Made by a program: the position numbers and the translations under genes. The notes under the pieces were generated by a model, which was not told the DNA's origin, did not search any database, and saw only the letters and a list, made by a program, of their open reading frames with translations. From a virus, in IMG/VR virus record IMGVR_UViG_3300025949_000022, positions 11,104-75,103 of that record: a DNA stretch of 64,000 nt. The stretch is one strand, 5' to 3'. Shown piece by piece: positions 30,915-41,402 of this stretch (its first letter is position 1; each line of letters opens with the position of its first letter).

Positions 30915-32381
30915 TTATATACCTATCAGTTTAATCATCTGATTGGCTAATGCTTGTTCAGCGCCAATTTCTGACCGTATGTCAAGGAACTTGCCATCGA
31001 TAGATGATGTAGCCGGATCGATGCCCGCGCCTCCTGTGTAATGTTGTTCCATTTCACGTGAGTAGCCACCAAGCGCCTTGTAGCGATAACCTACCGAAGC
31101 GGTTGCGTCTGTGTCGAACTTGCTTTGTACAAAATCGATTGGCAATACGTAACCTACACCCGACCAGTTATAACCTTCTGTTCCGGCGCCCATTTGCTCG
31201 TTAAGTTCCTCCTGTGTGCGTAAAAGGTAGTTGTAACCGCCTTTATGTACGCCGTCAAAGCCTAACCATAAGAAGAAGTCTTCTTTGTTAGAGAACGAGT
31301 TGAACATATCGGAACTGATTTTACCGCTTTGTGAGGCATACTGGAAGCAGGTATTGTTCATGTACGTTTTTAGCGTATTGTCAACCTGTGAGCGCAACCC
31401 GTATGCCATCGGCACAAGGAATGTTTTCGTACCGGCGCGTTCCCTTTGAAGTATAGTACCGATGTTGTCGAAATCAGCCATTGCAAAGTTTCCATAAGAG
31501 TAGGATAACAAGTTGCCACCGGAATTGGTGATATAGTCATCTACTCCTTGAGTAGTACGTACCGGGGCTACGCGGTTTTGAGCGGCTGCCATGTTTTGTG
31601 TAACGTTGCCGTCACCCTGAACCGAAAACCATAACGCTTTAGAAATCCTGTCCATGTGCAGTTTTTCAGTAGCTTCAGAACCTACGATCATCATGTAATT
31701 ACCACCATCAGAACCTGACACTGATACTACTGGCATACGGTCGGTCATTGCTGAACCTGTGATACCATAGGCTGTTTTGATGATCTGCGGATTATTCTGC
31801 TGACGGTATAAACGCGGTTCTTTTGGATCTGCGCCTAATGTTCCTTCTGCAAAGGCGTTGGTAGTTATCCAGTACCTGCCCTGTGCGGTTATTTTAGTCG
31901 CAAGGTCGTTTGTTGTTAAACGGGGCTTAATGGTCAACCGGTGCGGCGTAACGGTTTCATCTTTAAGGATGATCTGCGCTTCGCTATTGTCCACCAATTT
32001 GATAATATCCCACTGTGCTGGGTAAGAGAACGACTGTGTGCCATAGCCTGTTGTGGTAGTGGTGTACATAGATGTGGTGTCAAGTGCTACTACGATAGCC
32101 GAACCTACGCCGGTAGATGGTGTTATTACTGATCCTACCAAAAAGTTATTGATAATCCAGTCTTGTTCCCAGTGTGCATAGTTAGGGCCTTCAACCGATG
32201 TTCCTAAGCCCATTTCTTTAAGCATAGTGTACCAGTTCTTTTCCATTCCATGACGGGAAAGTAATTTTTTACGTACTTGCGGAACGTCCGCAATTAATCC
32301 GAGACCGGTTATAAAACCTTCGGATGTAGTCCCCATCACTGTTGATGGTTGATTTGAGTAATTATAAGGTGCTACTGGCAT
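30915..32381 (-). CDS. Major capsid protein
   Basis: 488 aa; Y.HWE, N..QIIKT.Y.ITGSA, TTQG.D.YI HK97-type motifs; position after scaffold. Confidence 0.85.
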   Translation of the reverse strand: MPVAPYNYSNQPSTVMGTTSEGFITGLGLIADVPQVRKKLLSRHGMEKNWYTMLKEMGLGTSVEGPNYAHWEQDWIINNFLVGSVITPSTGVGSAIVVALDTTSMYTTTTTGYGTQSFSYPAQWDIIKLVDNSEAQIILKDETVTPHRLTIKPRLTTNDLATKITAQGRYWITTNAFAEGTLGADPKEPRLYRQQNNPQIIKTAYGITGSAMTDRMPVVSVSGSDGGNYMMIVGSEATEKLHMDRISKALWFSVQGDGNVTQNMAAAQNRVAPVRTTQGVDDYITNSGGNLLSYSYGNFAMADFDNIGTILQRERAGTKTFLVPMAYGLRSQVDNTLKTYMNNTCFQYASQSGKISSDMFNSFSNKEDFFLWLGFDGVHKGGYNYLLRTQEELNEQMGAGTEGYNWSGVGYVLPIDFVQSKFDTDATASVGYRYKALGGYSREMEQHYTGGAGIDPATSSIDGKFLDIRSEIGAEQALANQMIKLIGI

Positions 32382-32392
32382 TGTCTTAGTTG

Positions 32393-33517
32393 TTAAAGTT
32401 TATAATAATCCTGTACAAACTTCACCCTTGAATCCTGGTCTGACTTACCTGCATGTGCAGCATCCTCGCCTCTTTTTATTGCAGACGGGTTGTGATATTC
32501 CTCTCTGATCTTTTTGTCAGCTACGTTAACAGCGTGTTGCTGCCATGCTTCGTAGTTTTCAAGTATCAGAACGCTTTTTGCAAATGCAGCGATACGGTTT
32601 GCACCATCTTCATTTGCCGGAATATTAGCCCATTCATTTTTCATGTATTGCTCCACTTTTGGCATCAGGCTTTTAAGGCTTTCTTCCGATGGAGTAAAAT
32701 CTGCAAATATGGCTTTATCATCGCTCTTGCCATTGATGTTAACTTTGGCAAACGATATTTCTTTTAAGGCGTTTTTTGCTATCGGTGTAAGTTTTTCAAG
32801 GTGGCCGGTTTGTTTTTCCTGCAATAACTGCTGCTGCAATTCATATTCGGAGGCCGGGGCTTTAGAAACCTGCGCTTTATGGTCTTTCAGGTAATCCCTG
32901 TCATTCCGCGCATCCACTTTTAGCCGGATTTGCTCTCTTGCAATAGTTTCTTCGTCATGCTCTTCGGGGTTGAGTTTATAAGAAGCATCAAGATATACTT
33001 TAGCCTCTTTCTCTGTAAGCCCTTCTTTAACTTGCAGCGCCAATAGCTTAACGTCATAAGGCGACATGCTTTCAAAGTTGTCGTGCTTATTTAGTTTAAG
33101 AAATGCGTCTACCTGTTCGGAAGTTGCTCCGCCTTTTAGCAGGTCGTTGAATTTTTTTGATAAGTCATTAGCGAACGGGTCGGTGCTTACTTTGGCTTTT
33201 AGTGAAAGGTTCTCGTCGTCGAGGGCTTTAACGCGGCTTTCAAAGTCGGTTAACTGCCCTGCCTTTTCTAATAAACCCGCAAGGTCGGTAGAACTTTTGA
33301 TGCTCCCGTTGGTAATCTTTACCAGCTCTTCATCGAAATTAAACTGTGGTTGCGCCTGTTCGGTTGTTTTGGCAGGTTCTGCACTTGCTGCATCCGCTGC
33401 CGGGATATTGTCGGTGTTAGTTTTGTTTAGTGTTTCGTCAGGTATATTTTGCTGTTCCTGTCCGTTAATTTTTAAGCCAGCTTCTTGCAATAATTCTAAG
33501 GTATCTTCTCCGGGCAT
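32393..33517 (-). CDS. Capsid scaffolding protein (putative)
   Basis: Acidic, helical, located between portal and MCP. Confidence 0.65.
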   Translation of the reverse strand: MPGEDTLELLQEAGLKINGQEQQNIPDETLNKTNTDNIPAADAASAEPAKTTEQAQPQFNFDEELVKITNGSIKSSTDLAGLLEKAGQLTDFESRVKALDDENLSLKAKVSTDPFANDLSKKFNDLLKGGATSEQVDAFLKLNKHDNFESMSPYDVKLLALQVKEGLTEKEAKVYLDASYKLNPEEHDEETIAREQIRLKVDARNDRDYLKDHKAQVSKAPASEYELQQQLLQEKQTGHLEKLTPIAKNALKEISFAKVNINGKSDDKAIFADFTPSEESLKSLMPKVEQYMKNEWANIPANEDGANRIAAFAKSVLILENYEAWQQHAVNVADKKIREEYHNPSAIKRGEDAAHAGKSDQDSRVKFVQDYYKL

Positions 33518-33626
33518 ATTGATTGCATTAGTTTAGTGTAAAGATAATTTCGCGACATAACTTAACCTATCACAATTTGCTTATAGTAAAATTATTACAT
33601 ACCTTTATACCGTACACAATAAGGCT

Positions 33627-33824
33627 ATGGAATCTAATAACATTGGCGCAAAAATAAAGGAAGGTAGAAAAGCAAAAGGCTTTAAAAATCAGGCGCAGTT
33701 AGCAGTTAAATTAAATATGTCTGTTAACACAATTAGCGGCCTTGAAAGTGGCCGTAAAAAAAGCACTTCGGTAACTATTTTACAATTAATTGGCAGGGAA
33801 TTAGGAATAACTTTTCAGATATAA
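33627..33824 (+). CDS. XRE/Cro-type HTH regulator
   Basis: IKE.RK..G...QAQLA.KL.MS..TIS.LESG. Confidence 0.9.
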   Translation: MESNNIGAKIKEGRKAKGFKNQAQLAVKLNMSVNTISGLESGRKKSTSVTILQLIGRELGITFQI

Positions 33825-33829
33825 ACAAT

Positions 33830-34069
33830 ATGACTATACCCGGCTCACGCATCCTAATAGAACCTACCGAACCTATCCGTAAACTGGAATCAGGTTTATA
33901 TTTACCCGAAGCGTTTTTACAAAAACCAAACACCGGAAAAGTTGTTGTTACTGGTGTAGATGCACCCCCTGAATTACTTAATAAAACAGTAGTCTATAAC
34001 CCTGTTATTGCTATTAATATTGAAGGGAAGCATTTGATACATATTACTGATTTAAAATTCGTACTTTAG
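33830..34069 (+). CDS. GroES-like co-chaperonin
   Basis: RILIEP......SGLYLP......TGKVVV.G. Confidence 0.75.
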   Translation: MTIPGSRILIEPTEPIRKLESGLYLPEAFLQKPNTGKVVVTGVDAPPELLNKTVVYNPVIAINIEGKHLIHITDLKFVL

Positions 34070-34091
34070 TATCACATTTAACAACAAAATC

Positions 34092-34298
34092 ATGGCATCA
34101 AATATCGTAGCAACTTACCCTCCGGCAGTAGGCGCACCAACCCCTCCGGCTGAACTGGATCCTTTTGGGAACGAATCGGCATCAACAAAAGATTCACTAC
34201 AAAATTATGTAACAACTATCTTACCGACATCGCCTGTTACAAGTTATGTTCTTAGGCGCGAACAGGTTATAAAAGGGATACAGGAGTACCCAAGATAA
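34092..34298 (+). CDS. Small hypothetical protein
   Basis: Good start context; part of plus-strand operon. Confidence 0.5.
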   Translation: MASNIVATYPPAVGAPTPPAELDPFGNESASTKDSLQNYVTTILPTSPVTSYVLRREQVIKGIQEYPR

Positions 34299-34300
34299 TT

Positions 34301-34489
34301 ATGATTATATCAATCTTATTTTTACTGTTTTACTTAGTAGTTGCAGTGATCCTTATTGAAATTGTGTTTTGGATATTAAGTTTAATATTCGCGCCAATTA
34401 TCACTCCCCGTATCAGGGGTTTGGTGTATGCTTTGGTGTTAATATTGGTTCTTATTTATGCCGTTCAACACTTTGGATGGATTAGATAA
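34301..34489 (+). CDS. Small 2-TM membrane protein
   Basis: Very hydrophobic. Confidence 0.6.
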   Translation: MIISILFLLFYLVVAVILIEIVFWILSLIFAPIITPRIRGLVYALVLILVLIYAVQHFGWIR

Positions 34490-34618
34490 CATTCGCTTAT
34501 TATGAGATTAAAACATATCGGACATATCCTATTAGATAGCGGCCTATTTATATTTATGGCTTTTCCTTTTTCTATCCCTTTGCTTATTATAGGAAATGTT
34601 TTAATCTTAATAGATTAC

Positions 34619-36958
34619 CTAACTTGCCTTTCTCGGTTCAAGCAACGATTTTAATCTTATCTCCTGCAATCTCCCCTGATTTTTAATAATCTCTGTTTGA
34701 ATTGCCTGTTGCGCTGCAGCTTGTGATTTCTGTTGTTGTAAAGCAGCTTCATTTTGTAATTCCTGTTGCTGCAATTGTGCATCTGCCTGTGCTTTTTGTC
34801 CTTGTGATTGCTGCTGAACTGCGCCGTTCTGCTGAATAGCCGCCTGCTGCTCCTGTTTCGCTTCGGCCTGACGTTTATTTACCGCAAACGCTGTATAAAT
34901 TTGTGCCTGCTTTAACTTATCAGAGCGAATCATAGCCTCAATTATTAAAAAGTCGTTTTCACTCATTGAAGCAAGTCCGCCTTGCCTTGCCGCACTTCTC
35001 ATATTCATTAAATCCTGCAACATTTGCTCTTTGTCTGAACTATCAAGTCCAGGAGAAATCTGAACAGCAAAATCATAATCAAATATCTTCTCGCTAATAG
35101 AAACAATTTCCAACGATCTTGATATAGATAACTTTTTCTTTTGCTCTGGAGTAGCGTATTTAGCCACACACTGCCATTTTGAAGCCACCACCTCATAGGT
35201 GCCTTGTGTCATTTGTTCAGTAGCGTTTATAAGCGGTGTAAGGGAGTTTTGTGAGCCCTGAAGTAATAATTTAGATACACCCAATCCCATGTCCTCACGG
35301 GGCGTTTGCGCGGCGAAAATATCATTTATGCCTGTTACCTTTTCAATCATTCCTATTACGCGGCCCATATCTTCCCACCATGCCGATATAATTTGCATTA
35401 AGTCAGTTCCTATTGGTGTTATTGGCCGACTTCCGCCTGATTGGTTTTGCCCCCATTGGTTTTTATCGTCAATAAGCAGGTATCCCTCGTCCTGTAGTAG
35501 TTTTAATAATTGCTGTGGTTTGTAAGATACGCCGTCTATCTTCATTCCCTCTAATGCCCCTTTATTAATGGCAAGGTTTGGCGGTGCAGGCATTTTGGCG
35601 CGCGCTACGCGGAGTTTTAACATGATAAGCTGTGCATCATCCACAAAAGGAATAGCGCGCTCTATGATGCTCGTTGAGCCTGTACGGGCAAATCTTAGCG
35701 GGAATATCGGCCATTTTTTACCGCCCTCTGATTTATAGTTAATGTCGGTATCTTCTCCCTGCTCAAATACATATGCCGATCCTAAAACCATTGAGGCTTT
35801 ATAAATGGTCATATTTGTAAAGCTATCCAGTATCTTGCCTTTTTTGTTTGACACTTTAGATAGGTCGTAACTGGCATCTACCTTGTTTACAACTAAGGTT
35901 CCGTTGTCGCGCGTTACGCTTGTCAGGTTTATTTGCTTGCTGCCAATCCAGTATCCGCGAAATACATCAACCTCAATCTGATCGATCATTTTAAAGTCGA
36001 ACTGCTGGTTATCGGATGTTAGATTGGCATAAAATCCGGGGATGTTACCGGTTGAATATTTTCGCGCTATCTCAACAATTTGTTTGTTGGTTAGCTTGCT
36101 TGTCCGGCGCAATTCTGAAATGCTTATTTTCTCCCAGTAGCCACCCCATGATATATCGCGGTAATCCCTGTATTTTGATTGTGGAAATACGGCATGGGCT
36201 ATATCAATATAACTTTCTTCTACTTCATTGGTGTTTGGATTAGTGAAAACCCTGCGGCCACTATAGGCGGCGGTTATCATATCGTCGTTAATCAAATCCT
36301 CAATGCCGGTAGTTTTGCTAATGTATCGTGTGTTGTCGATTAAAGTTTCAAGGGCGCTTTCTTCCTCCAGCATAAATAATCCTATACTTTGCGCTAAATC
36401 TACATCCTGTGGTGAGTTGATCGGAACTGAATTATTGGCTACCGGAAGTTTGGGCTTTACGAGATTTACAGTATGATTTGTGTTAAGTGTTGAGAGTATA
36501 TTTCCAAGCCTGATATCAGTTACAATCTTTGCTATGGCAACCTTTGACTTCTTATCTATTAACGCCTCGTAATCGTTAGCTTGTACGCCAATATCGAGCT
36601 TATTTTTCATTAAAAAACCAAGCACTGCATCCGCTTTTTGTGGAAGCACTTGTGTCATGGCCCATGATATATTTAAAGTGGTTTTACGCTCTCCGCTTTG
36701 GTCTGGCGCACCTACCATCCAGTTCTTATATTTGTTAACGCTATTAGTGCCGTGCCGGTACGCTCTTAACTCTGCTATTGAACGGCGTTCTGCACCCCAT
36801 CCATCATAAGGTAAAGCGCATCTGTTCATAAAGTATTTTGAACACATCGCGTTTAATGCGGCTAAGAAATAACCATCGTCTTTTACAGGGTTTGCTTCGT
36901 CGGGAAATGGATAGCCATTTTCTGAAATATATTTATTTGCGAATTTCGGTTTTTCCAT
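34619..36958 (-). CDS. Portal protein
   Basis: 779 aa after TerL; LR.Y..G......YK, LNISW, IE.VTGIND motifs; Q-rich C-terminal barrel. Confidence 0.85.
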   Translation of the reverse strand: MEKPKFANKYISENGYPFPDEANPVKDDGYFLAALNAMCSKYFMNRCALPYDGWGAERRSIAELRAYRHGTNSVNKYKNWMVGAPDQSGERKTTLNISWAMTQVLPQKADAVLGFLMKNKLDIGVQANDYEALIDKKSKVAIAKIVTDIRLGNILSTLNTNHTVNLVKPKLPVANNSVPINSPQDVDLAQSIGLFMLEEESALETLIDNTRYISKTTGIEDLINDDMITAAYSGRRVFTNPNTNEVEESYIDIAHAVFPQSKYRDYRDISWGGYWEKISISELRRTSKLTNKQIVEIARKYSTGNIPGFYANLTSDNQQFDFKMIDQIEVDVFRGYWIGSKQINLTSVTRDNGTLVVNKVDASYDLSKVSNKKGKILDSFTNMTIYKASMVLGSAYVFEQGEDTDINYKSEGGKKWPIFPLRFARTGSTSIIERAIPFVDDAQLIMLKLRVARAKMPAPPNLAINKGALEGMKIDGVSYKPQQLLKLLQDEGYLLIDDKNQWGQNQSGGSRPITPIGTDLMQIISAWWEDMGRVIGMIEKVTGINDIFAAQTPREDMGLGVSKLLLQGSQNSLTPLINATEQMTQGTYEVVASKWQCVAKYATPEQKKKLSISRSLEIVSISEKIFDYDFAVQISPGLDSSDKEQMLQDLMNMRSAARQGGLASMSENDFLIIEAMIRSDKLKQAQIYTAFAVNKRQAEAKQEQQAAIQQNGAVQQQSQGQKAQADAQLQQQELQNEAALQQQKSQAAAQQAIQTEIIKNQGRLQEIRLKSLLEPRKAS

Positions 36959-36994
36959 TTTGCGTAGTATGCTTAATGGGTGATAAAGATACTG

Positions 36995-39109
36995 TTAAAC
37001 TTTATTATAAACAAACCATGTATTTTCTTTCGCATCACGCAAATCTTCGCCGGGATAACTTAGATATTGTTTATCTCTTGCGATTAATCCCCAGCCAAAA
37101 GCCGTACCTAAATCTTTTTTAGTCCTCACCTTTTTTGAACGGTTCATTGTTAACAAATCTGCGATAATTCTTTTATGCTTAATCGCGTTTGAAAAGTTCA
37201 TTACGTAAGATGATATTAAAGAAAAGAATTGATTGATCGTATCTTCTGTTGCGGGTGTTCCTACCTGCTTAATATTTTTGGCTGCATACCCTGTATGGTC
37301 GAAGGTATCTTCCGGCCTGTCCATTAAATACATTGAATATCCTCTTGCCCTAAAGTAGCTTTTAATAGCCCGTTTATTATTTTCCACGTTCATTTGTGTG
37401 CCGTAATAAACGTGCATCATTAACATGTCTTCAAAAAATACATTTGGGTCGCCCTCGCGGAATAAATAATCGGCTACTACCTGATTCGTTTCCCAGTTCC
37501 ATCCTAAATCAAATGGCGTGCCGTCATCGTGCTTTTTTGCTCCGTCAATATTATCGTCGTACATACGGAAAATAATACCCGCACCTTTCGAAGCTCTGGC
37601 CTTATCTACTATTTCGTCAATGTCATGTTCAAACGGGTCACATGCGCCTCTATACCTGCGTATATTACCCGGTAATCGTATTCCTGCGCTGCTGATCTCA
37701 CATAAATTATCGTTCCCATCCTTTAGCAGGTATGATACTTCCCATTTACCGTCTACGCATGGCTCAAAAACAACTTTTGTATCTCTTTGGCCGTTTACCC
37801 AAACAAAGTTTCCTGTTACCGTCCAGTCTTTAGGCTCAAACCCATAGGATTCAGGATATTCAAGCCGTCTTGATATGTCCTGTAGGTTTTCTTTGTTAAA
37901 TGCCGTCTTTTCACCGCTGGGTGTTAGCGCATCCTCGATTTTTAGCGGCGACTTTCTTAACAGGTTGCCTATTGCTTTTTCATTGCCCCTTGCCCGTAAG
38001 TTTGCGATTTCATTTTCAAGGTGTTTTTTTGCTTCTTCACGCTTCGGGTATCCAAAATCGTCAGTATCCGCACCATCTTCGGCTGATAGAAATACCCGCC
38101 ATACACCTGTTGTTGTCCGTCCGTTTTCGTTAAGGTCGTTGGGGTCGCTATCTTTCCAAAAACGGTTTACCTCGTCTATTTGTTCATCACTTACTTCCTC
38201 AATAGATGATTCTATCCAGCATTTACCTATAATTTCTGCACCGTTAAAATAATGCAGGGTAGGTTTAAATACTTCCCACCATGTGATAAGTGACATTGTT
38301 TCCAGCTTACCAGCTTCATTCAATATGCCCCTGTTGGTTTCCTGTCCATCATAGGCACTCGCTTTCGCCGGTTCAAAGTCAATTTTAGAACCTATTTCTT
38401 CTTCGCTGTACTTTACCTCTTCTTCTTCGGCATCCATACCGGCTTTGCCGCGCATTTTAGCGTCGGTCATCCGTTCGGATGGATAGGAAAACTCCAAACG
38501 GTCTTCAGGATCATCGCTACCCTTATGAACCGGCTTCATAAACCATATCATCTTTTTGTTTGCGCGGGTGATGCGTTTAAAGTTCTTATAGGCTTCTTCG
38601 TCGTTCTTTGATTGGTTATGTCCCTGAACGTTTCTAACGCGCGTACAGAACTCGTATTCCTCACCAAGCGTAAACTCTGTCTTCCCTAACCTTCGTGGGC
38701 CGACAAGAAATAACCCGTAACAATTGGGATCCCTTACAACCATATTCCACAACTGGAAAATGTGGCATTGAACTATTCTAAAGTCAGCATGTTTATTGGT
38801 TTTTGTCCACCAATAGTTTAAAAAGAAGTAGTATGGGCCGGTGATATAAACAGGTTCACCCTTTATGAGTATCCAAACGCCGTTCCTGCGCTTGTGCCAT
38901 TCATTCGCTATCCATTCTTCTTCCTCGCGAGTAACCCTGTTCTTTCTTTGGAGTAGTGATTTTGGTATTTCGACGTGCCTGAACTTTTGTTGCTTTTCCG
39001 GCAGACCATAGTTTATCATTTGGGTTTTAGGCGGCATTTTAGGCAGCGGTATCTTATAGCCTCCAAACTCCGTATATCCACCTATCGCCCTCCAGTCTGC
39101 CGTGTACAT
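36995..39109 (-). CDS. terL: Terminase large subunit
   Basis: YITG.YYFFLN, Walker A GPRRLGKT, Walker B-like ILNEAGK, nuclease GACDP and VENNK. Confidence 0.92.
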   Translation of the reverse strand: MYTADWRAIGGYTEFGGYKIPLPKMPPKTQMINYGLPEKQQKFRHVEIPKSLLQRKNRVTREEEEWIANEWHKRRNGVWILIKGEPVYITGPYYFFLNYWWTKTNKHADFRIVQCHIFQLWNMVVRDPNCYGLFLVGPRRLGKTEFTLGEEYEFCTRVRNVQGHNQSKNDEEAYKNFKRITRANKKMIWFMKPVHKGSDDPEDRLEFSYPSERMTDAKMRGKAGMDAEEEEVKYSEEEIGSKIDFEPAKASAYDGQETNRGILNEAGKLETMSLITWWEVFKPTLHYFNGAEIIGKCWIESSIEEVSDEQIDEVNRFWKDSDPNDLNENGRTTTGVWRVFLSAEDGADTDDFGYPKREEAKKHLENEIANLRARGNEKAIGNLLRKSPLKIEDALTPSGEKTAFNKENLQDISRRLEYPESYGFEPKDWTVTGNFVWVNGQRDTKVVFEPCVDGKWEVSYLLKDGNDNLCEISSAGIRLPGNIRRYRGACDPFEHDIDEIVDKARASKGAGIIFRMYDDNIDGAKKHDDGTPFDLGWNWETNQVVADYLFREGDPNVFFEDMLMMHVYYGTQMNVENNKRAIKSYFRARGYSMYLMDRPEDTFDHTGYAAKNIKQVGTPATEDTINQFFSLISSYVMNFSNAIKHKRIIADLLTMNRSKKVRTKKDLGTAFGWGLIARDKQYLSYPGEDLRDAKENTWFVYNKV

Positions 39110-39639
39110 CAGATAGTCGTTTTACTTTCCGCAAAGCGTTCCGCAAATTGCAGTAGCCTTGCTGTTTCTTCCCTCACCACTTTTCTTGTCTGCGCATCGG
39201 GAAATATCTGTCTTTCGTAATCAACCAGTGACTTGTGTATTGCAGGAAGCTGTTTTTCCACATTTAGGCGCTCTCTAACGGACTTTTCTATGTCATCCGT
39301 ATTCATAGGGCTTCGGATAAACATCGTTAACTGGTGAAAGTTTATGAGCTTTGATTGCCAAATCACAAAGGCCAGGTTATCCATCATCATAAATAACGCT
39401 GTCGCTATTTTGTTGTACTCTTTGTTTTCGCCGGATAATATGTCGGGGTATTCTGCCTTTAGGTGTTTGAGTACTTTAGCCAGCCTTGCGTCATAGTCGT
39501 CACGGTCGGCCTGTAGAAATGGGCTGTCCTCGGATATCATTAAAATAACTACCCGTAATAACTTATCATCCTCTGTTATGCCCTGCAGTGTCGCGTACTT
39601 CTCGCACATTGGCTCTTTGCAGGATGTATCATATCTCAT
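39109..39639 (-). CDS. Putative terminase small subunit
   Basis: Helical 176 aa protein coupled directly upstream of terL. Confidence 0.4.
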   Translation of the reverse strand: MRYDTSCKEPMCEKYATLQGITEDDKLLRVVILMISEDSPFLQADRDDYDARLAKVLKHLKAEYPDILSGENKEYNKIATALFMMMDNLAFVIWQSKLINFHQLTMFIRSPMNTDDIEKSVRERLNVEKQLPAIHKSLVDYERQIFPDAQTRKVVREETARLLQFAERFAESKTTI

Positions 39640-40439
39640 ACTAATTCAGCCTCCTTGCTATTAGCCTTTTTCGATTCCCAATCCTTAACTATCTCTAGAA
39701 TATCGGTATAGTTCCCCCAAATATCTTTACGGTGCGCTACCTCTATATCACGTAAGTCCTCGTTGCCGACCTCATATGATATGCGGAAGCCCCGTTTTTT
39801 CATTAGTAATATTCTATCTCCCTTTTGCAGGGGCATATCTGGTTCGTGTTCGCGCTCCAAATGCGCACGGCATTTTTCGTCAGCCGCAAGCACTGTAGCG
39901 GTATTCATTTCGTACTTATCATGGGTACGAACTAATAATATCCCACTATTCAATTCCAATTTATCAGGCAGTTGGTCGCGCAGGAAGAATATATACCCAT
40001 TAACCGGACACAGGTCGCCGTCACGATACACGCCATATATCCTATCTTGTCTAACAAGTACGCATAATCCATGTTCTTCGGTACGTACTAATCTGCATTC
40101 AGTTTCTACATCGATCTGTTCCCTATAATCAAAAAATACCTTTTCGCCTACCTGAACATCGAACGGCGCATCAAATTCAAGTGAATTTCGAACCATTGCA
40201 TTAAATTCATCACCGCTTCCATCACCCTTATTAGCAAAAAACCATGTTTCTTTTGGTAGCATGATAACCGTACCACTTATGGATAGATATTTTGACTTAT
40301 CCTGATTGAAATATGATAACTGTATGCTTACCTTTCCGTCAGGGGTTGGTATCTCTACAAAATCATAGTTCGGATCGGCTTTTATTAGCACGAAATTGTA
40401 AGGAGTAATTGCAGTTTTTATATCAATAGTTGGAATCAT
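39636..40439 (-). CDS. Tandem GroES-like domain protein
   Basis: Two modules (FVLIK...G.V...P...VQVGEKVFF; PVNGYIF...SGILL...A.V....LQKGDRI). Confidence 0.6.
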   Translation of the reverse strand: MIPTIDIKTAITPYNFVLIKADPNYDFVEIPTPDGKVSIQLSYFNQDKSKYLSISGTVIMLPKETWFFANKGDGSGDEFNAMVRNSLEFDAPFDVQVGEKVFFDYREQIDVETECRLVRTEEHGLCVLVRQDRIYGVYRDGDLCPVNGYIFFLRDQLPDKLELNSGILLVRTHDKYEMNTATVLAADEKCRAHLEREHEPDMPLQKGDRILLMKKRGFRISYEVGNEDLRDIEVAHRKDIWGNYTDILEIVKDWESKKANSKEAELV

Positions 40440-40441
40440 AT

Positions 40442-41377
40442 TTATAAAGTTAATAAACTATTTTGCCTTAGTAAATTTATTTTTGACAACAGTAAATTTT
40501 CCTCAACATATCCTACCGCTTCGTAGTGAGAAGAACCGTTTGGAAACTCTGTCATTGGATGCACATAAGGCAGGTTAAATTCAGGCAAATTATTACTGCC
40601 AAAATATTCAGCGCCAGCCCATGTTGCCTCAAGAAAACTTATGTTGCTCTTTCCCCTGTTTAATGGCGTGTCGCATAACGGGAAAATCATAGCTTTAGGC
40701 TTTAACCGTTTTAAGTAATCGAAGTATTGCATTATCGGCATACACTCTACCGAATAGTAGTTACCTATACCTGCTTTATCCAACGCCATTTCTAACTTAA
40801 TAAACCTATGACCTATAAAGTAGAAATCGAGGTTGTTATTATCGGCTATCATCGCCATTATCTGATCAAAGTTTTCGTAAACATCAGCCTCATGCGTCAT
40901 ACCTCCGCGCCATACTACTTTATTGCTTGTGGTGTTGGCGGCGCTACATTGTCCCAATATATAATCGTTAAGCGCATTAGGAATTACTATGCCGCGTCCG
41001 AATGATAAAGCAATATTATTTGTGCTTACCCAAACCTCATCGGCGGTATCAATCATTTCTAAAATAATATACTTCTGTTCTTTGTATTGCTGGTACACCG
41101 GGGAGTAAGCATCAACGTGCAAAACATCGTCGTCATATTCTACTATTACCTTAATTCCGCACTTCTTTGCAAGCCTAATCATTTTCATGTGATCGGGCGT
41201 ACATGGACGTTGCATAATCAAGATATCAACAGACGCTAAATCCCATTGTGTAATGTGACCGAAATGGGAAATATCACGTAGATGAATGTCGGGATGATTG
41301 ATAAATGGAAGCACCCCAGTAGTGCGGTAAAAATCGGTATTGCTCCAGATAGTTTGTGAATAATAGAGTACTTGCAT
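40442..41377 (-). CDS. Glycosyltransferase (GT-B-like)
   Basis: FYR...., VEYDDD, VIPNA, PL.D..LN.GKSNI.FLE motifs. Confidence 0.75.
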   Translation of the reverse strand: MQVLYYSQTIWSNTDFYRTTGVLPFINHPDIHLRDISHFGHITQWDLASVDILIMQRPCTPDHMKMIRLAKKCGIKVIVEYDDDVLHVDAYSPVYQQYKEQKYIILEMIDTADEVWVSTNNIALSFGRGIVIPNALNDYILGQCSAANTTSNKVVWRGGMTHEADVYENFDQIMAMIADNNNLDFYFIGHRFIKLEMALDKAGIGNYYSVECMPIMQYFDYLKRLKPKAMIFPLCDTPLNRGKSNISFLEATWAGAEYFGSNNLPEFNLPYVHPMTEFPNGSSHYEAVGYVEENLLLSKINLLRQNSLLTL

Positions 41378-41402
41378 AATGAAATAAATAATATATCTTT
41401 AC

